Positions 1 through 9,755 of a stretch of 32,988 nt of DNA are shown here, piece by piece. The position numbers and the translations under genes were made by a program. Origin of the DNA: a virus (taxonomy: Duplodnaviria; Caudoviricetes); IMG/VR virus record IMGVR_UViG_3300020042_003425, positions 1 to 32,988 of that record. One strand, written 5' to 3'. Position 1 is the first letter of the stretch; the number at the start of each line of letters is the position of its first letter. Below the pieces are notes generated by a model that had not been told where the DNA came from, searched no databases, and saw nothing but the letters and a program-made list of their open reading frames with translations.

Positions 1-2976
1 GTTAGTCAAGTAGATGGAAATGACACCACAGGCGATGGAACTTTAATTAATCCAGTTGCCACAATTACCAAAGCATTGACTTTAGTAGATGCACAGCAAA
101 GAAAAATAATTGTTCACTCAGGTGGGTATACCGAAAGCCCAACAATATCTTTATCTTATGTAACATTAACTTCCGAAGCACAAAAAGGGGATGATGTTGT
201 AATTACGGGTACTATAACCGCTAGCGTTGGCTGTACTATTTCAGGCTTAAAGATGACAAACTTGAATATTACTGCACCTGCAGCAACAGGAAGTGTAAAT
301 ATACTTGGCTGTGACATTACTGGCACACTTACAAAAAGCAGTACTGCTGACTACACTCTTATTCGGTTTTGCGACATTGGCACTACAAATATTACTGGTG
401 GAGGGGGGTTAGTTGCTTTTTTTGGGGGTAATCCTAATTTAATAACAATTAACAATGCTAGTGCTAGAGTAATTGTTAAAAACGCTGTTACTGTTGCTCC
501 CGTTTTAACTGCAGGCAATGCAAACTTTGTAGACAGTGTTGTAATCGCTAGTGGTGCTACATCTAACGCACTTACTTCATCTGCTGGAACAATTGTTACC
601 CTAGCCAATAGTCAATTTATAGTGCCAACATTTAATAATGTTGCTAGAGTTTCGCTAAGTGGTTTTTATTCAATCTTTAACTCCGTATATGATAAACCAA
701 ATTCAACACTAGTAGCTTTATCTGCTACTGGGGGGTCAACTGATTCTATTGATTACTTCCAGCGCATAAATTTAGACAATATAACGTCAACCGTGTACAC
801 CGTTGCAACTTTGCCTAGTGCGTCAACTTATGGAAATGGCACTTGTGCTTTTGTATCAAATGCGCTAAACCCAAGAACTGGCGCAACAGTTGTTGGTGGC
901 GGTTCAACTGCTAGCCCTGTATTTTCTAATGGCACAAATTGGATATGTGGTACTGGTTTAGGGGGAACTACAGGCACAGGCTCAGTAGTATTAAACAGTA
1001 ACCCATCTTTTGCTACAGACATTACGGTTAATACTGCAAATGTAGGAACTGGTGCAAATTCCAATAGTGTGCTTATGGGAGTTGGGGCTTTACAATCTAA
1101 CTTTAAAAACACATCTTACAATGATGGTAATGTTGCTATTGGTAAAGATGCGTTGATAGATATTGGGGGTGGGGTTGCAACCTTTCAAACTTTAGTTGGT
1201 GGTTCAGGATATACAAATGGCATTTATGAAATAGAATTATCATTGTATTCAGGCACACCTGTTATAGCAGGTGGTATATATCCTACTGTAAGAGCAACTG
1301 TATCAGGGGGGGCAGTAACTAATGTTGCTCTTGTAAGTCGTGGTGTTGGATTTCAACATGCACAATTTCCAGTTTTAACCTACACAGGCTCAGCAATGGG
1401 GGCGGCTGGCACAGGATTTAGAATTACAGTAAACCAATTACAATTTGGTGACCATACTACTGCTGTAGGATTCCAAGCAGGAAAAACAAATCTTACGGGA
1501 AAAGATAGTACATATGTTGGGTATTATACTTATGGAAGTGGCTCAAACCATGTAGTTATTGGTTCTAATGCTTACAATAATGGTGGAGATTTAACTCAAG
1601 ACAGCGTTTATGTTGGATTTGGTGCAGGTGGTTCAAGTTCAAATGAAATTGTTATTGGTGCAAATGCTATTGGCACTGGTGCTAACAAGACTGTTATTGG
1701 CAATACAAATACAATCAATACTAAATTATTTGGCACACTTGAAGCAGTTGGTGATGCTTTAGTCAACGGACTAACAGTAGGTAGAGGTGATGGCAATGTA
1801 TCAACCAATACTGCATTTGGTGTAGATGCTATTGGTTCACCTTACATCACATCTGCAAACACAAACAATGTAGGTATTGGTTATAACGCACTAAATACAA
1901 TTGGTTCTGGTGTTGCTACATTAGCATTACTTACTGGGGGTAGTAATTATAATATAGATGATGACATTTACCAAACTCAATTAGTTTATGTATCAAACAC
2001 TCCAGTTCTTGCTGGTGGTGTTTTACCAACAATACAGTTTACTATTTCTGGGGGTGTAGTAACTGCTATTAATAGCATAGTAAATAATGGGTATGGATTT
2101 TCAGATACGACAACTGTATTTACAATTCCATCTGCTAGTTTTGGTGATGGTTCTGGATTTACTTGTAAAATTGCATCTTTAATGACAGCAACAAATAATA
2201 CTGCTTTAGGATATAACTCTGGCAACACTCAAACAGTTCGCTCAAATAGCGTTTATATTGGTGCAAATGCAACTGGCAGTAGTGACAATGAAATTGTTAT
2301 TGGCTCAAATGCAACAGGTCAAGGAGATAATACTGTTGTTATTGGTAATACAAGCATTACAAGCACCACATTAAGAGGTTCAATAAATGCTGCTGGCTCA
2401 ATTAATTTAACAGCATCAGCAGGAACTGTAAGTATAGGTGGAAGTGTTACAAATGGTTCAATTAACATTGGTGGTAGTACATCTAGTGCTACAGGACTAA
2501 TTACTTTAGGTAGGTCAACAGGTGCACAAACAGTCAATATTGCTACAGGTGTTAATAATTTAAGTGCTAAAACAGTCAACATTGGCACAGGTGGCACTAC
2601 TGGTGCTAATACTATTAACATTGGTCCAACAGGAACTGTTAATGGTAATACAACTGTAAACATTGCCACACAAGTTAGAAGTAGTAATGTTACAGAAGTA
2701 AATATAGGAACAAATGCTACAGGTGGGAATTCAAACATTACTTTAGGTTCATTAGGCGCGGCTACTCTTATAACTAGCAACGGCATTGTTCAACAGCGTA
2801 TATATACAGGCATAAATTCATTTAATGCAACAGCAGGTAGAAAAGCGTTTGTATCAGACCATCGTTCAAATAGTGCATATCCAGTATTTGGGGAAGCATA
2901 TAATTCAACAAGCGGCACTTTTGGTCCATTTAATGTGCCTGTATTTGGAGATGGAACAATTTGGCGTGTAGGTTAA
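1..2976 (+). CDS. Long tail fibre / receptor-binding protein, 5'-truncated by the window edge (beta-helix N-part, then YadA-like head repeats, internal duplication)
   Basis: Frame 1 is open from base 1 (VSQVDGNDTTGDGTLINPVATITKAL, a typical beta-helix-start motif), so the track's start at 76 is not the real start. G/T/S/N-rich, with many NxxIGxxA and NIGTG repeats; lies upstream of other fibre genes. Confidence 0.85.
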   Translation, partial: VSQVDGNDTTGDGTLINPVATITKALTLVDAQQRKIIVHSGGYTESPTISLSYVTLTSEAQKGDDVVITGTITASVGCTISGLKMTNLNITAPAATGSVNILGCDITGTLTKSSTADYTLIRFCDIGTTNITGGGGLVAFFGGNPNLITINNASARVIVKNAVTVAPVLTAGNANFVDSVVIASGATSNALTSSAGTIVTLANSQFIVPTFNNVARVSLSGFYSIFNSVYDKPNSTLVALSATGGSTDSIDYFQRINLDNITSTVYTVATLPSASTYGNGTCAFVSNALNPRTGATVVGGGSTASPVFSNGTNWICGTGLGGTTGTGSVVLNSNPSFATDITVNTANVGTGANSNSVLMGVGALQSNFKNTSYNDGNVAIGKDALIDIGGGVATFQTLVGGSGYTNGIYEIELSLYSGTPVIAGGIYPTVRATVSGGAVTNVALVSRGVGFQHAQFPVLTYTGSAMGAAGTGFRITVNQLQFGDHTTAVGFQAGKTNLTGKDSTYVGYYTYGSGSNHVVIGSNAYNNGGDLTQDSVYVGFGAGGSSSNEIVIGANAIGTGANKTVIGNTNTINTKLFGTLEAVGDALVNGLTVGRGDGNVSTNTAFGVDAIGSPYITSANTNNVGIGYNALNTIGSGVATLALLTGGSNYNIDDDIYQTQLVYVSNTPVLAGGVLPTIQFTISGGVVTAINSIVNNGYGFSDTTTVFTIPSASFGDGSGFTCKIASLMTATNNTALGYNSGNTQTVRSNSVYIGANATGSSDNEIVIGSNATGQGDNTVVIGNTSITSTTLRGSINAAGSINLTASAGTVSIGGSVTNGSINIGGSTSSATGLITLGRSTGAQTVNIATGVNNLSAKTVNIGTGGTTGANTINIGPTGTVNGNTTVNIATQVRSSNVTEVNIGTNATGGNSNITLGSLGAATLITSNGIVQQRIYTGINSFNATAGRKAFVSDHRSNSAYPVFGEAYNSTSGTFGPFNVPVFGDGTIWRVG
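1018..2385 (+). repeat. Degenerate internal duplication of roughly 210-245 aa in the tail fibre (units approx. 1018-1752 and 1753-2385)
   Basis: NVAIGKDAL..IGGGVAT...L.GGSGY...SGTPVIAGG.YPT...T.SGG.VT versus NVGIGYNAL..IGSGVAT...L.GGSNY...SNTPVLAGG.LPT...T.SGG.VT; both units end in SxNEIVIGxNA.G.GxN..VIGNT. Confidence 0.8.
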
Positions 2977-2991
2977 TTTAAGGAAAATATT

Positions 2992-3258
2992 ATGGCACTA
3001 TTAAAGGCAGTAAACACAGAATTTGGCATTGATGCAACTTATTGGAATATTTATTCTATTACAGAAGACTTCAAGAATAAATCACTTGAAGTGGTTATCA
3101 ACGGCTATGTAAGCAAAGAAGTGCGTGATAAGAATCTTAATCCTGTTGCATGGAATAATCTAACATTTACAAGCAATGATTACATCAAAGATGCTACTCG
3201 TGAAGCCGTGTATTTGGCACTAAAGAGTAAAGACTTTTCTGACGCAGAGGACGCATAA
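2992..3258 (+). CDS. Small tail-fibre-associated protein (likely chaperone/assembly factor)
   Basis: RBS AAGGA upstream; MAL.K...T.FG..A.YW.I pattern and an AVYLALK...F.DA.D end typical of small fibre-adjacent phage proteins; same AT-rich composition as the fibre. Confidence 0.65.
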   Translation: MALLKAVNTEFGIDATYWNIYSITEDFKNKSLEVVINGYVSKEVRDKNLNPVAWNNLTFTSNDYIKDATREAVYLALKSKDFSDAEDA

Positions 3259-3287
3259 TGGCACAAGCAGGCTTTACAACTTATTAA
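3258..3287 (+). pseudogene. 9-codon remnant MAQAGFTTY* resembling the N-terminus of the downstream gene
   Basis: ATG overlaps the previous stop (TAATG); MAQAGFT aligns with MAAPGAT of the 3297 gene. Confidence 0.45.
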
Positions 3288-3296
3288 GGAATTAAC

Positions 3297-3773
3297 ATGG
3301 CAGCACCCGGCGCAACCCCTATTATTATTTATCACAGCACGACCGCTGCGGCAGTCCCGTCCGCCGGTAATTTATCCACTGGTGAGTTAGCTATTAACGT
3401 CACTGACAAGATTATTTACTCCAAAAACGGTGCGGGCGCTGTAATTGCTTTGACAGGGACACTTGCTTACCAAAATGCAAACGCAGTAGCCATTACTGGT
3501 GGAACGATTTCAGGCGTCACTGGCGTTCCCTCAAGCACAGGAGGAGGAGCAAGCGGCACTTGGGCGATCGACATTACCGGGTATGCTGGCACAGCTGGCA
3601 CAGCGGATTTTGCGCAGTACGCACAGGAAATTTCTAATCCTGGAGGATGGAGTGTAGTGGGCGGCACAGGAACAGATTTATACTTTAGCTATGACGGCAC
3701 AAACGTAGGAAAACTTGACTCTTCAGGAAATCTTACTGTCATAGGCGACGTGACGGCATTCGGGTCGATTTAA
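3297..3773 (+). CDS. Short tail fibre with an Mtd-N/hyaluronidase-N-like anchor
   Basis: PSAGNLSTGELAINVTDKIIYSKN anchor motif; C-terminal KLDSSGNLTVIGDVTAF typical of fibre ends that bind a tip adhesin. Confidence 0.7.
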   Translation: MAAPGATPIIIYHSTTAAAVPSAGNLSTGELAINVTDKIIYSKNGAGAVIALTGTLAYQNANAVAITGGTISGVTGVPSSTGGGASGTWAIDITGYAGTAGTADFAQYAQEISNPGGWSVVGGTGTDLYFSYDGTNVGKLDSSGNLTVIGDVTAFGSI

Positions 3774-3775
3774 TT

Positions 3776-5035
3776 ATGGCGTTACCAGATTCAGGACCGT
3801 TAAGACTTACCGACATCCAAACCGAGTTTGGCGGTGATTTTCCTCTTACCTTAAGCAACTATTACGCAGGAGGCAGTTTTGTCCCTACCGGCACTTCCGG
3901 TACTTACGGGGCAGTCCCTTCGGACGGCGCTATATCAATCCAAAACTTTTATGGAACATCATCGTATGTTCCTGTTCCTGGCGTTGATTGGACCAACCAA
4001 CCAGGGTTTACCTCTGTTTTTGGAAGTGGCGCAAGTAACATTGCCTACGCTGTTGCCGCGTCACAAGAGGAATTTTTCCCCGAGAATACTCGATACGTAG
4101 CAGTCGGTATGAGCGGCGGACAGGCGCGGTGCGTTACATCTACGGACAAGGTTACGTGGACAGTTAATTCCAGTTTTACACAAGCTTGGAGCGGTGCGGG
4201 CTTTACCGCGATTGTCCCTAGAGCTATTATATGGGCTAAGAATCAGTTTGTAGTAATTGGGGGTTACATTACGAGTAATGCTTTACCAAGGTGCGTAACG
4301 TCACCTGATGGCATTAATTGGACCGTTCGAAACTTTACTTTTCCTTGGGGAAATACTGGGATCCCGAATGCTATTACTTACGACTATCACTCAGAAATGC
4401 TTATAGTTGTTGGAGAAAATAGTAAGTGCGCTACATCGCTCGACGGTGGTGTTACTTGGACTGTCAGGGCGGGCTTTGCTAATTTTAATGGAACCGCTTA
4501 CGCCGTTGGGTACAGCCCATCTGGCTGGATCGTGGCTGTTGGGACAGAAACGGGGGGTAATGCAAGGTGCCTTGTTTCTATCAACGATGGAGCAACTTGG
4601 TTTGTTGCCCCTCAGTTTCAACAAAGATTTTTGCGAAATATCCCTTCTGCTATGACTTGGTCGGATTTTTTAAATGGTTTCGTAGTTGTCGGCAGCAACG
4701 GAACGTGCGCCACCTCAGATCGCGATGGCGGGGCGTGGACCTATCAACCAGGTTTTAACCAGGTTTTTAGGACAAACAATTTTCCTGATTTAGCCAGAGC
4801 TGTTGTCAGTTTTTTAAACACCGGCCTTTCTCCTGACGCCTTTCAGATTATAGTTGTTGGCCAGAACGGAAAATGCGTTCAGTCACTTGATGGAATCAAT
4901 TGGTCTAATGTACCGTCGTTCACTGAAAAATTTGGAAGCAACACCGCTTTTTCAATTATTGCAGCATCTGAGGAATACGGCTATTTTGACCTTATAGCGG
5001 TCGGCTCGGCTAGTAAATGTATAACGTCTCCTTAA
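3776..5035 (+). CDS. Fibre-tip adhesin with Asp-box (BNR) beta-propeller repeats
   Basis: N-terminal MALPDSGPLRLTDIQTEFGG..LSNYY attachment motif; repeated SxDGxxW boxes (STDKVTW, SPDGINW, SLDGGVTW, SINDGATW, SDRDGGAW, SLDGINW). Confidence 0.75.
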   Translation: MALPDSGPLRLTDIQTEFGGDFPLTLSNYYAGGSFVPTGTSGTYGAVPSDGAISIQNFYGTSSYVPVPGVDWTNQPGFTSVFGSGASNIAYAVAASQEEFFPENTRYVAVGMSGGQARCVTSTDKVTWTVNSSFTQAWSGAGFTAIVPRAIIWAKNQFVVIGGYITSNALPRCVTSPDGINWTVRNFTFPWGNTGIPNAITYDYHSEMLIVVGENSKCATSLDGGVTWTVRAGFANFNGTAYAVGYSPSGWIVAVGTETGGNARCLVSINDGATWFVAPQFQQRFLRNIPSAMTWSDFLNGFVVVGSNGTCATSDRDGGAWTYQPGFNQVFRTNNFPDLARAVVSFLNTGLSPDAFQIIVVGQNGKCVQSLDGINWSNVPSFTEKFGSNTAFSIIAASEEYGYFDLIAVGSASKCITSP

Positions 5036-5049
5036 CGAAAGGATAGGTA

Positions 5050-5463
5050 ATGATTAACTCGCGTAAACTAGAAGACCTGCATCCTAAAGTTAAAACGCTA
5101 TGCGAGCAGTTTATTGCTTCTTGCGCCAAGCACAATATTGATGTGTTAATTACGTCAACTTACAGGGATGCAGAGTCACAAAATGCGTTATACGCACAAG
5201 GCCGTTCTTTGCCTGGTAAAAAGGTGACTAACGCATCGGCAGGCAAAAGCTTTCATAATTGGAGGGTTGCATTTGATTTCGTGCCTCTAGTTAACGGTAA
5301 AGCGATGTGGGCGGATACTGCGCTATTTACAAAATGTGGTGAGATTGCAGAAGGCGTAGGACTTGAATGGGCTGGACGTTGGACAAAATTTAAAGAACTA
5401 GCTCATTGTCAATATACAGGGGGCTTAACATTGCAAGACTTTCAACAAGGAAAAAGTTTCTAA
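5050..5463 (+). CDS. Endolysin, peptidase M15 family (L-Ala-D-Glu peptidase, Ply500/CwlK-like)
   Basis: TYR....Q..LYAQGR, VTNA..GKSFHN...AFD and ELAHCQ give the Zn ligands H/D/H. Confidence 0.92.
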   Translation: MINSRKLEDLHPKVKTLCEQFIASCAKHNIDVLITSTYRDAESQNALYAQGRSLPGKKVTNASAGKSFHNWRVAFDFVPLVNGKAMWADTALFTKCGEIAEGVGLEWAGRWTKFKELAHCQYTGGLTLQDFQQGKSF

Positions 5464-5837
5464 TGGACCCGATTACAATTTTAGCGGCTTTAGGCCCAGT
5501 AGCAGTAGACTTAGGCAAATCCCTTATCAATCGCTTTATTGCGCCTGACCAATTCAAACCTGCAACTATCGAACAGTATGCAAAGATGAAAGAGATTGAC
5601 TTAGAATTCTTTAAGACCATGAATGAAGCCGGCGGTGGTAATCCTAGTTATCCTTGGGTTGAGGCAATTATTCGACTAATGCGCCCAGCTATTGGGATTA
5701 TTGTTTTATCTACTTGGGCTTACTTAGCTTTAGCTGGCAAGGGTGAAGTTAATGAGCAAGTATCTAACTTTGCTTCTGTCATTGGGTTCTACTTATTTGG
5801 CGAGCGCAGTTTGTTCTACGTAAAGAACAAGAAATAA
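5463..5837 (+). CDS. Holin (3TM-holin-like); start corrected to the ATG at 5463
   Basis: TAATG coupling to the endolysin stop; MDPITILAALG N-terminus; hydrophobic segments MRPAIGIIVLSTWAYLAL and FASVIGFYLFGERS; basic C-terminus. Confidence 0.75.
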   Translation: MDPITILAALGPVAVDLGKSLINRFIAPDQFKPATIEQYAKMKEIDLEFFKTMNEAGGGNPSYPWVEAIIRLMRPAIGIIVLSTWAYLALAGKGEVNEQVSNFASVIGFYLFGERSLFYVKNKK

Positions 5838-5928
5838 TATATTTTTACATGATTTTGGCTTATAATGGGCCAAAAATATTAGTAACGTCGACGTGCTGTC
5901 TTGAGCAAGTCACCAGTGAGGGATCACA

Positions 5929-6573
5929 ATGGCTTATACAATGACATTCAACAGCCTCCAGGTTGACCTTAGACGGTACCTTGAGCGCGGCTTTACTTTA
6001 GCAGACGATCCGTACGTCTATGAGCAACTACCTCGCCTAATTAACATGGCAGAGCGCCGCATTGCCCGTGATCTTAAGATCCAAGGCTTTATCGTTGCCG
6101 TCACTACACCGCTCACTAACGGCGTTGCCACTTACCAAAAACCTAACCGTTGGCGCGATACTATCTCCATGACTGTTTCATCAGGCACCTCTATGTCGCC
6201 TGTTTTTACTAGATCTTATGAGTATTGCCGTAACTATTGGCCGGACGAAACTCAAACAGGGCAGCCAGAATTTTACGCTGATTACGACTACACGCACTGG
6301 TTAATAGTCCCCACTCCTAACGCAGCTTACGATTTAGAGGTGCTGTACTACGAGCTTCCAGCGCTATTAGACGATGCTCAACAATCAAATTGGCTAACTG
6401 AATATGCACCTAACTTGTTGCTGTATGGCGCTTTGTTAGAGGCTACCCCTTTCTTAAAGAACGACGACCGGATTGCTACTTGGCAAAACTTTTACCAGGC
6501 TGCAGCTAACGCGCTTAATCAGGAAGATCTTAAGAAAATCACTGACCGCGACTCTGTCAGGACGGAGGCTTAA
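5929..6573 (+). CDS. Head-tail adaptor / tail tubular protein A-like
   Basis: LINMAERRI, G.P.FYA, PTP..AY..EV.YY and NWL...AP.LLLYGAL.EA..FLK patterns of podovirus adaptor proteins; precedes the nozzle gene. Confidence 0.75.
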   Translation: MAYTMTFNSLQVDLRRYLERGFTLADDPYVYEQLPRLINMAERRIARDLKIQGFIVAVTTPLTNGVATYQKPNRWRDTISMTVSSGTSMSPVFTRSYEYCRNYWPDETQTGQPEFYADYDYTHWLIVPTPNAAYDLEVLYYELPALLDDAQQSNWLTEYAPNLLLYGALLEATPFLKNDDRIATWQNFYQAAANALNQEDLKKITDRDSVRTEA

Positions 6574-7628
6574 TGTCTTTTACCAATGTCTTTACAGGAT
6601 CCACAATATACCCATCTGTGATCGCCCTTACTAGGTTGCAGATGACGGCCAACGTGGTTTTATTTTGGCCACTTGAGGCACCAGACGGGTCACCCTTAGC
6701 CTCAGAGATTGTTGAAATTACTAGCTCTACATCAGCAACGTGGTCGATCACTGTCCCTGACGCCACGCAAGTGTCTATTGGCCAAACGATCTTATTTAAC
6801 AATCTTTCTGCCTTTACTATCTCAGTAAAAAATCAGGCAGGGACTACAATCCTTTCTGTGGCGCCAGGTACTCAGTGGCAAATATACTTATATGACAACA
6901 CCACGGCCAACGGATCTTGGCGCGTTTATCAGTTTGGTGCTGGTACGTCTACCGCTAACGCAGGTGCTTTGGCAGGTGCTGGTTTACAAGCTAACGGGGC
7001 CACGCTGGAAACAGCTATTAACGCTAATAACATCTCAACTAACACTACCCTTGTTAGTGCAGACAGGGCTGAGTTATTCAACTGGACTGGCGCGTTAGGC
7101 ACTATTACCTTGCCAAGTCCTGCTGTCGTTGGCAACGATTGGTACGTTCACATTAGAAACTCAGGGACTGGTGAACTAGCGCTAGACCCTCCTGGCGCTG
7201 CTGTAATTAACGGCTCACCATTACTTCAGTTAGCAATCGGCGACTCGGCCACTATCGTGACAGACGGCACCAACTTTTTTACTATTGGTCTTGGGCAAGC
7301 GGCTATCTTTGCTTTTGACTACGTAGTGGTAGACATTACAGGCAGCACCGACTATGTTCTATCAGGTAACGAATTAAACCGCATTGCTTATCAATTTATA
7401 GGTACTCTTGGCGCGGACATTACGGTTATTGTGCCAAGCACCGTTCAGCAATACTGGGTTTACAATAACACGACAGGCGGTTTTGACGTTTCTATCGGGA
7501 CGGTCAGTCAAGTATCTCCCTTAGCTGTTGTAAACGGAAACAGGACAATTGTTTATTGTGACGGGACCAATGTAGTTCCTGCGGTAACCGCGTTTATTAC
7601 TGGCGGGATTAATGGAGGTACATTCTAG
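6573..7628 (+). CDS. Virion structural protein (tail appendage / fibre-anchor-like)
   Basis: Beta-rich T/S/G composition; repeated TITLP...G....I.N and vxxDGTN motifs; coupled between adaptor and nozzle. Confidence 0.6.
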   Translation: MSFTNVFTGSTIYPSVIALTRLQMTANVVLFWPLEAPDGSPLASEIVEITSSTSATWSITVPDATQVSIGQTILFNNLSAFTISVKNQAGTTILSVAPGTQWQIYLYDNTTANGSWRVYQFGAGTSTANAGALAGAGLQANGATLETAINANNISTNTTLVSADRAELFNWTGALGTITLPSPAVVGNDWYVHIRNSGTGELALDPPGAAVINGSPLLQLAIGDSATIVTDGTNFFTIGLGQAAIFAFDYVVVDITGSTDYVLSGNELNRIAYQFIGTLGADITVIVPSTVQQYWVYNNTTGGFDVSIGTVSQVSPLAVVNGNRTIVYCDGTNVVPAVTAFITGGINGGTF

Positions 7629-9472
7629 TGGCTGCCAGTGTGATGGTCTTAAAGTCAAACCCTGGAATTAAGCGGGATGGCACGGTATTTGAGGGAGACT
7701 TCTACGTTGATGGTCAGTGGTGTCGTTTTCAGCGTGGCCTTCCTCGTAAGATGTGGGGCTATAGAGCTTTAAACTTATACTTGTCGCAGATTTCAAGGGG
7801 CTTTCATTCGTTTACAGAGGGGAACCTTGTTTATTGCCACTCTGGTTCACAGTCATACCTTGAGCGGTTTACCCTTGACTTAAACGGAAACCCATCGATT
7901 ATTAGCAACAGAACACCGGTCAACACAGCTGCAACAGGAACTGTCACGCTAACCACAGGGGCTTCTGGCTCTGTCGATGGAATCACAGTAAATGGTGTGC
8001 AGATCATGTCTGGCGCTGTTTCCTTTGTAACTAGCTTAACAGAAACAGCGACAGCCGTTGCCGCAAACATTACCGCCTACACTTCAACCCCTAACTATTC
8101 AGCGACAGCTGACGGCTCTGTTATTACAATTACAGCTGGAACAACTGGATCAGGCTCTAACGGTTTTGTTGTTGTCGTTGCTGCAACTACTATTACTGCA
8201 ACAGCGACTAGCTTTGCTGGCGGAACAAACGCGTATGTTCCTAACGCTAACAACGCCTGGATGTTTGACGTAATGTTTTCATCCGTCAGCCTTAACAACG
8301 ATTTAGTTGCTCACGTAGCACCAAATGAAAACAACATCGCATCAACAGGTGAAGGCTTTATATTTACTGGCGATATTACAGCCCCGACCCCTTTGACAAG
8401 CGTAGCTCTTCCTGCTAATGGTAACGTGACAGGCGGTATTGTAGTCTTGCATCCTTTCTTGTTCTATTATGGCACCGCTGGTTTTGTAGGTTGGTCAGTG
8501 GCGGGTAAGCCAAATGATTTAACTGGCGCAGGCTCAGGCCAAGCCCGTGTTGCTGGTCAAAAGATTGTAAAAGGACTGCCTCTTCGAGCTGGTGCAGGTT
8601 CAGCGCCTGCTGGTTTATTCTGGGCGTATGATGCGTTGATTCGCTCTACCTTTACAGGTGGCGCTACTGTATTTCAGTTTGATACGATCTCTGCTGAGAT
8701 AACTGTGATGTCGCAAAGCTCAATCATTGAGTACGATGGTATCTACTACTGGTGCGGTGTGGATCGTTTCTTAATGTTTAACGGTGTGGTACGAGAAATA
8801 CCAAACAACATGAACATTAACTACTTCTTTGATACGTTAAACCAAACTCAGCGCCAAAAAGTATTTGCGGTTAAGGTCCCAAGGTTTGGTGAGATCTGGT
8901 GGTGCTTTCCACAGGGTTCTTCAACTGAGTGTAACCATGCCGTTATTTATAACGTCAGAGAGAATACTTGGTATGATACCGAGTTACCTAACTCGGGCCG
9001 CGCTTCAGCCTCATTCAGCCCTGCGTTTGCTGCACCTTTAATGACAGGCGTGACCAACCAAAATGGTTTAGGCTTTAAAGTATGGCGCCACGAGATTGGG
9101 TTAAACGAAATTGATGGTGTGACAGTTAACCCTATTCCATCTTATTTTGAGACTTCTGACTTGTCCCTGACTGTCATGAACAACCAAAATAGAAAACTAA
9201 AGATTAGTTACATTGAGCCTGACTTCGTTCAGGTTGGCAACATGACTGTTGAAGTAACTGGCCGGGCTAACGCAAGAGCGCCTACCGTGACAAGTAACGT
9301 GGTAACTTTTGTGGATAATCCTGGCTCTGACCCTGCTGCTCAGATTGTACCGTTTAAAGAACAGCGTAGAGAGATGCGCGTTAAGTTTACGAGTAACGCA
9401 GTAGACGGAGACTACCAAATGGGTCAGGTGCTAATGCACGTTGAACCAGGTGATGGTACGATTACAGGATGA
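7628..9472 (+). CDS. Tail nozzle / tail tubular protein B-like (P22 gp10 / T7 gp12 analogue), GTG start
   Basis: PGIKRDGT N-terminus; FGEIWWCFP....EC..AVIYN..E..WY; size and position; Thr-rich inserted domain at approx. 7920-8230. Confidence 0.7.
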   Translation: MAASVMVLKSNPGIKRDGTVFEGDFYVDGQWCRFQRGLPRKMWGYRALNLYLSQISRGFHSFTEGNLVYCHSGSQSYLERFTLDLNGNPSIISNRTPVNTAATGTVTLTTGASGSVDGITVNGVQIMSGAVSFVTSLTETATAVAANITAYTSTPNYSATADGSVITITAGTTGSGSNGFVVVVAATTITATATSFAGGTNAYVPNANNAWMFDVMFSSVSLNNDLVAHVAPNENNIASTGEGFIFTGDITAPTPLTSVALPANGNVTGGIVVLHPFLFYYGTAGFVGWSVAGKPNDLTGAGSGQARVAGQKIVKGLPLRAGAGSAPAGLFWAYDALIRSTFTGGATVFQFDTISAEITVMSQSSIIEYDGIYYWCGVDRFLMFNGVVREIPNNMNINYFFDTLNQTQRQKVFAVKVPRFGEIWWCFPQGSSTECNHAVIYNVRENTWYDTELPNSGRASASFSPAFAAPLMTGVTNQNGLGFKVWRHEIGLNEIDGVTVNPIPSYFETSDLSLTVMNNQNRKLKISYIEPDFVQVGNMTVEVTGRANARAPTVTSNVVTFVDNPGSDPAAQIVPFKEQRREMRVKFTSNAVDGDYQMGQVLMHVEPGDGTITG

Positions 9473-9708
9473 GTCTTAATATCACGCTACCGGTTGGCAT
9501 GGGTCTTAAGGACTGGGCTGACCAAATTACATTTGATTTAGACAACCAAACGACGCTGTCTAAATTAGAGGATGAAACAAAGTGGCAAGATTGGGCGGTA
9601 CAATTTGTGACGGCTGCCGGCTTGTCTACATACAACGTGCCCACGCCGTACAGCTACAGTGATTGGCATCCTTGGGCGGATGCACTTTGTAAGACGTTAG
9701 AAGCTTGA
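9469..9708 (+). CDS. Small Trp-rich hypothetical virion protein
   Basis: ATGA overlap with the nozzle stop; repeated WxDWA motifs. Confidence 0.6.
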   Translation: MSLNITLPVGMGLKDWADQITFDLDNQTTLSKLEDETKWQDWAVQFVTAAGLSTYNVPTPYSYSDWHPWADALCKTLEA

Positions 9709-9755
9709 AGTTTATTGGATTTTTTAAAAAAATTATATAGGACATAGGTGGCATC

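Noticed and set aside
3297-5035. Diversity-generating retroelement target (Mtd-like N-terminus)
   Set aside because: No reverse transcriptase and no TR/VR repeat pair noticed in the window.
5838-5880. Sigma70 promoter at TATAAT 5861-5866 inside a TTTTGGC/GCCAAAA hairpin
   Set aside because: No -35 at proper spacing and no TGn extension; it may be an activator-dependent late promoter but cannot be supported here.
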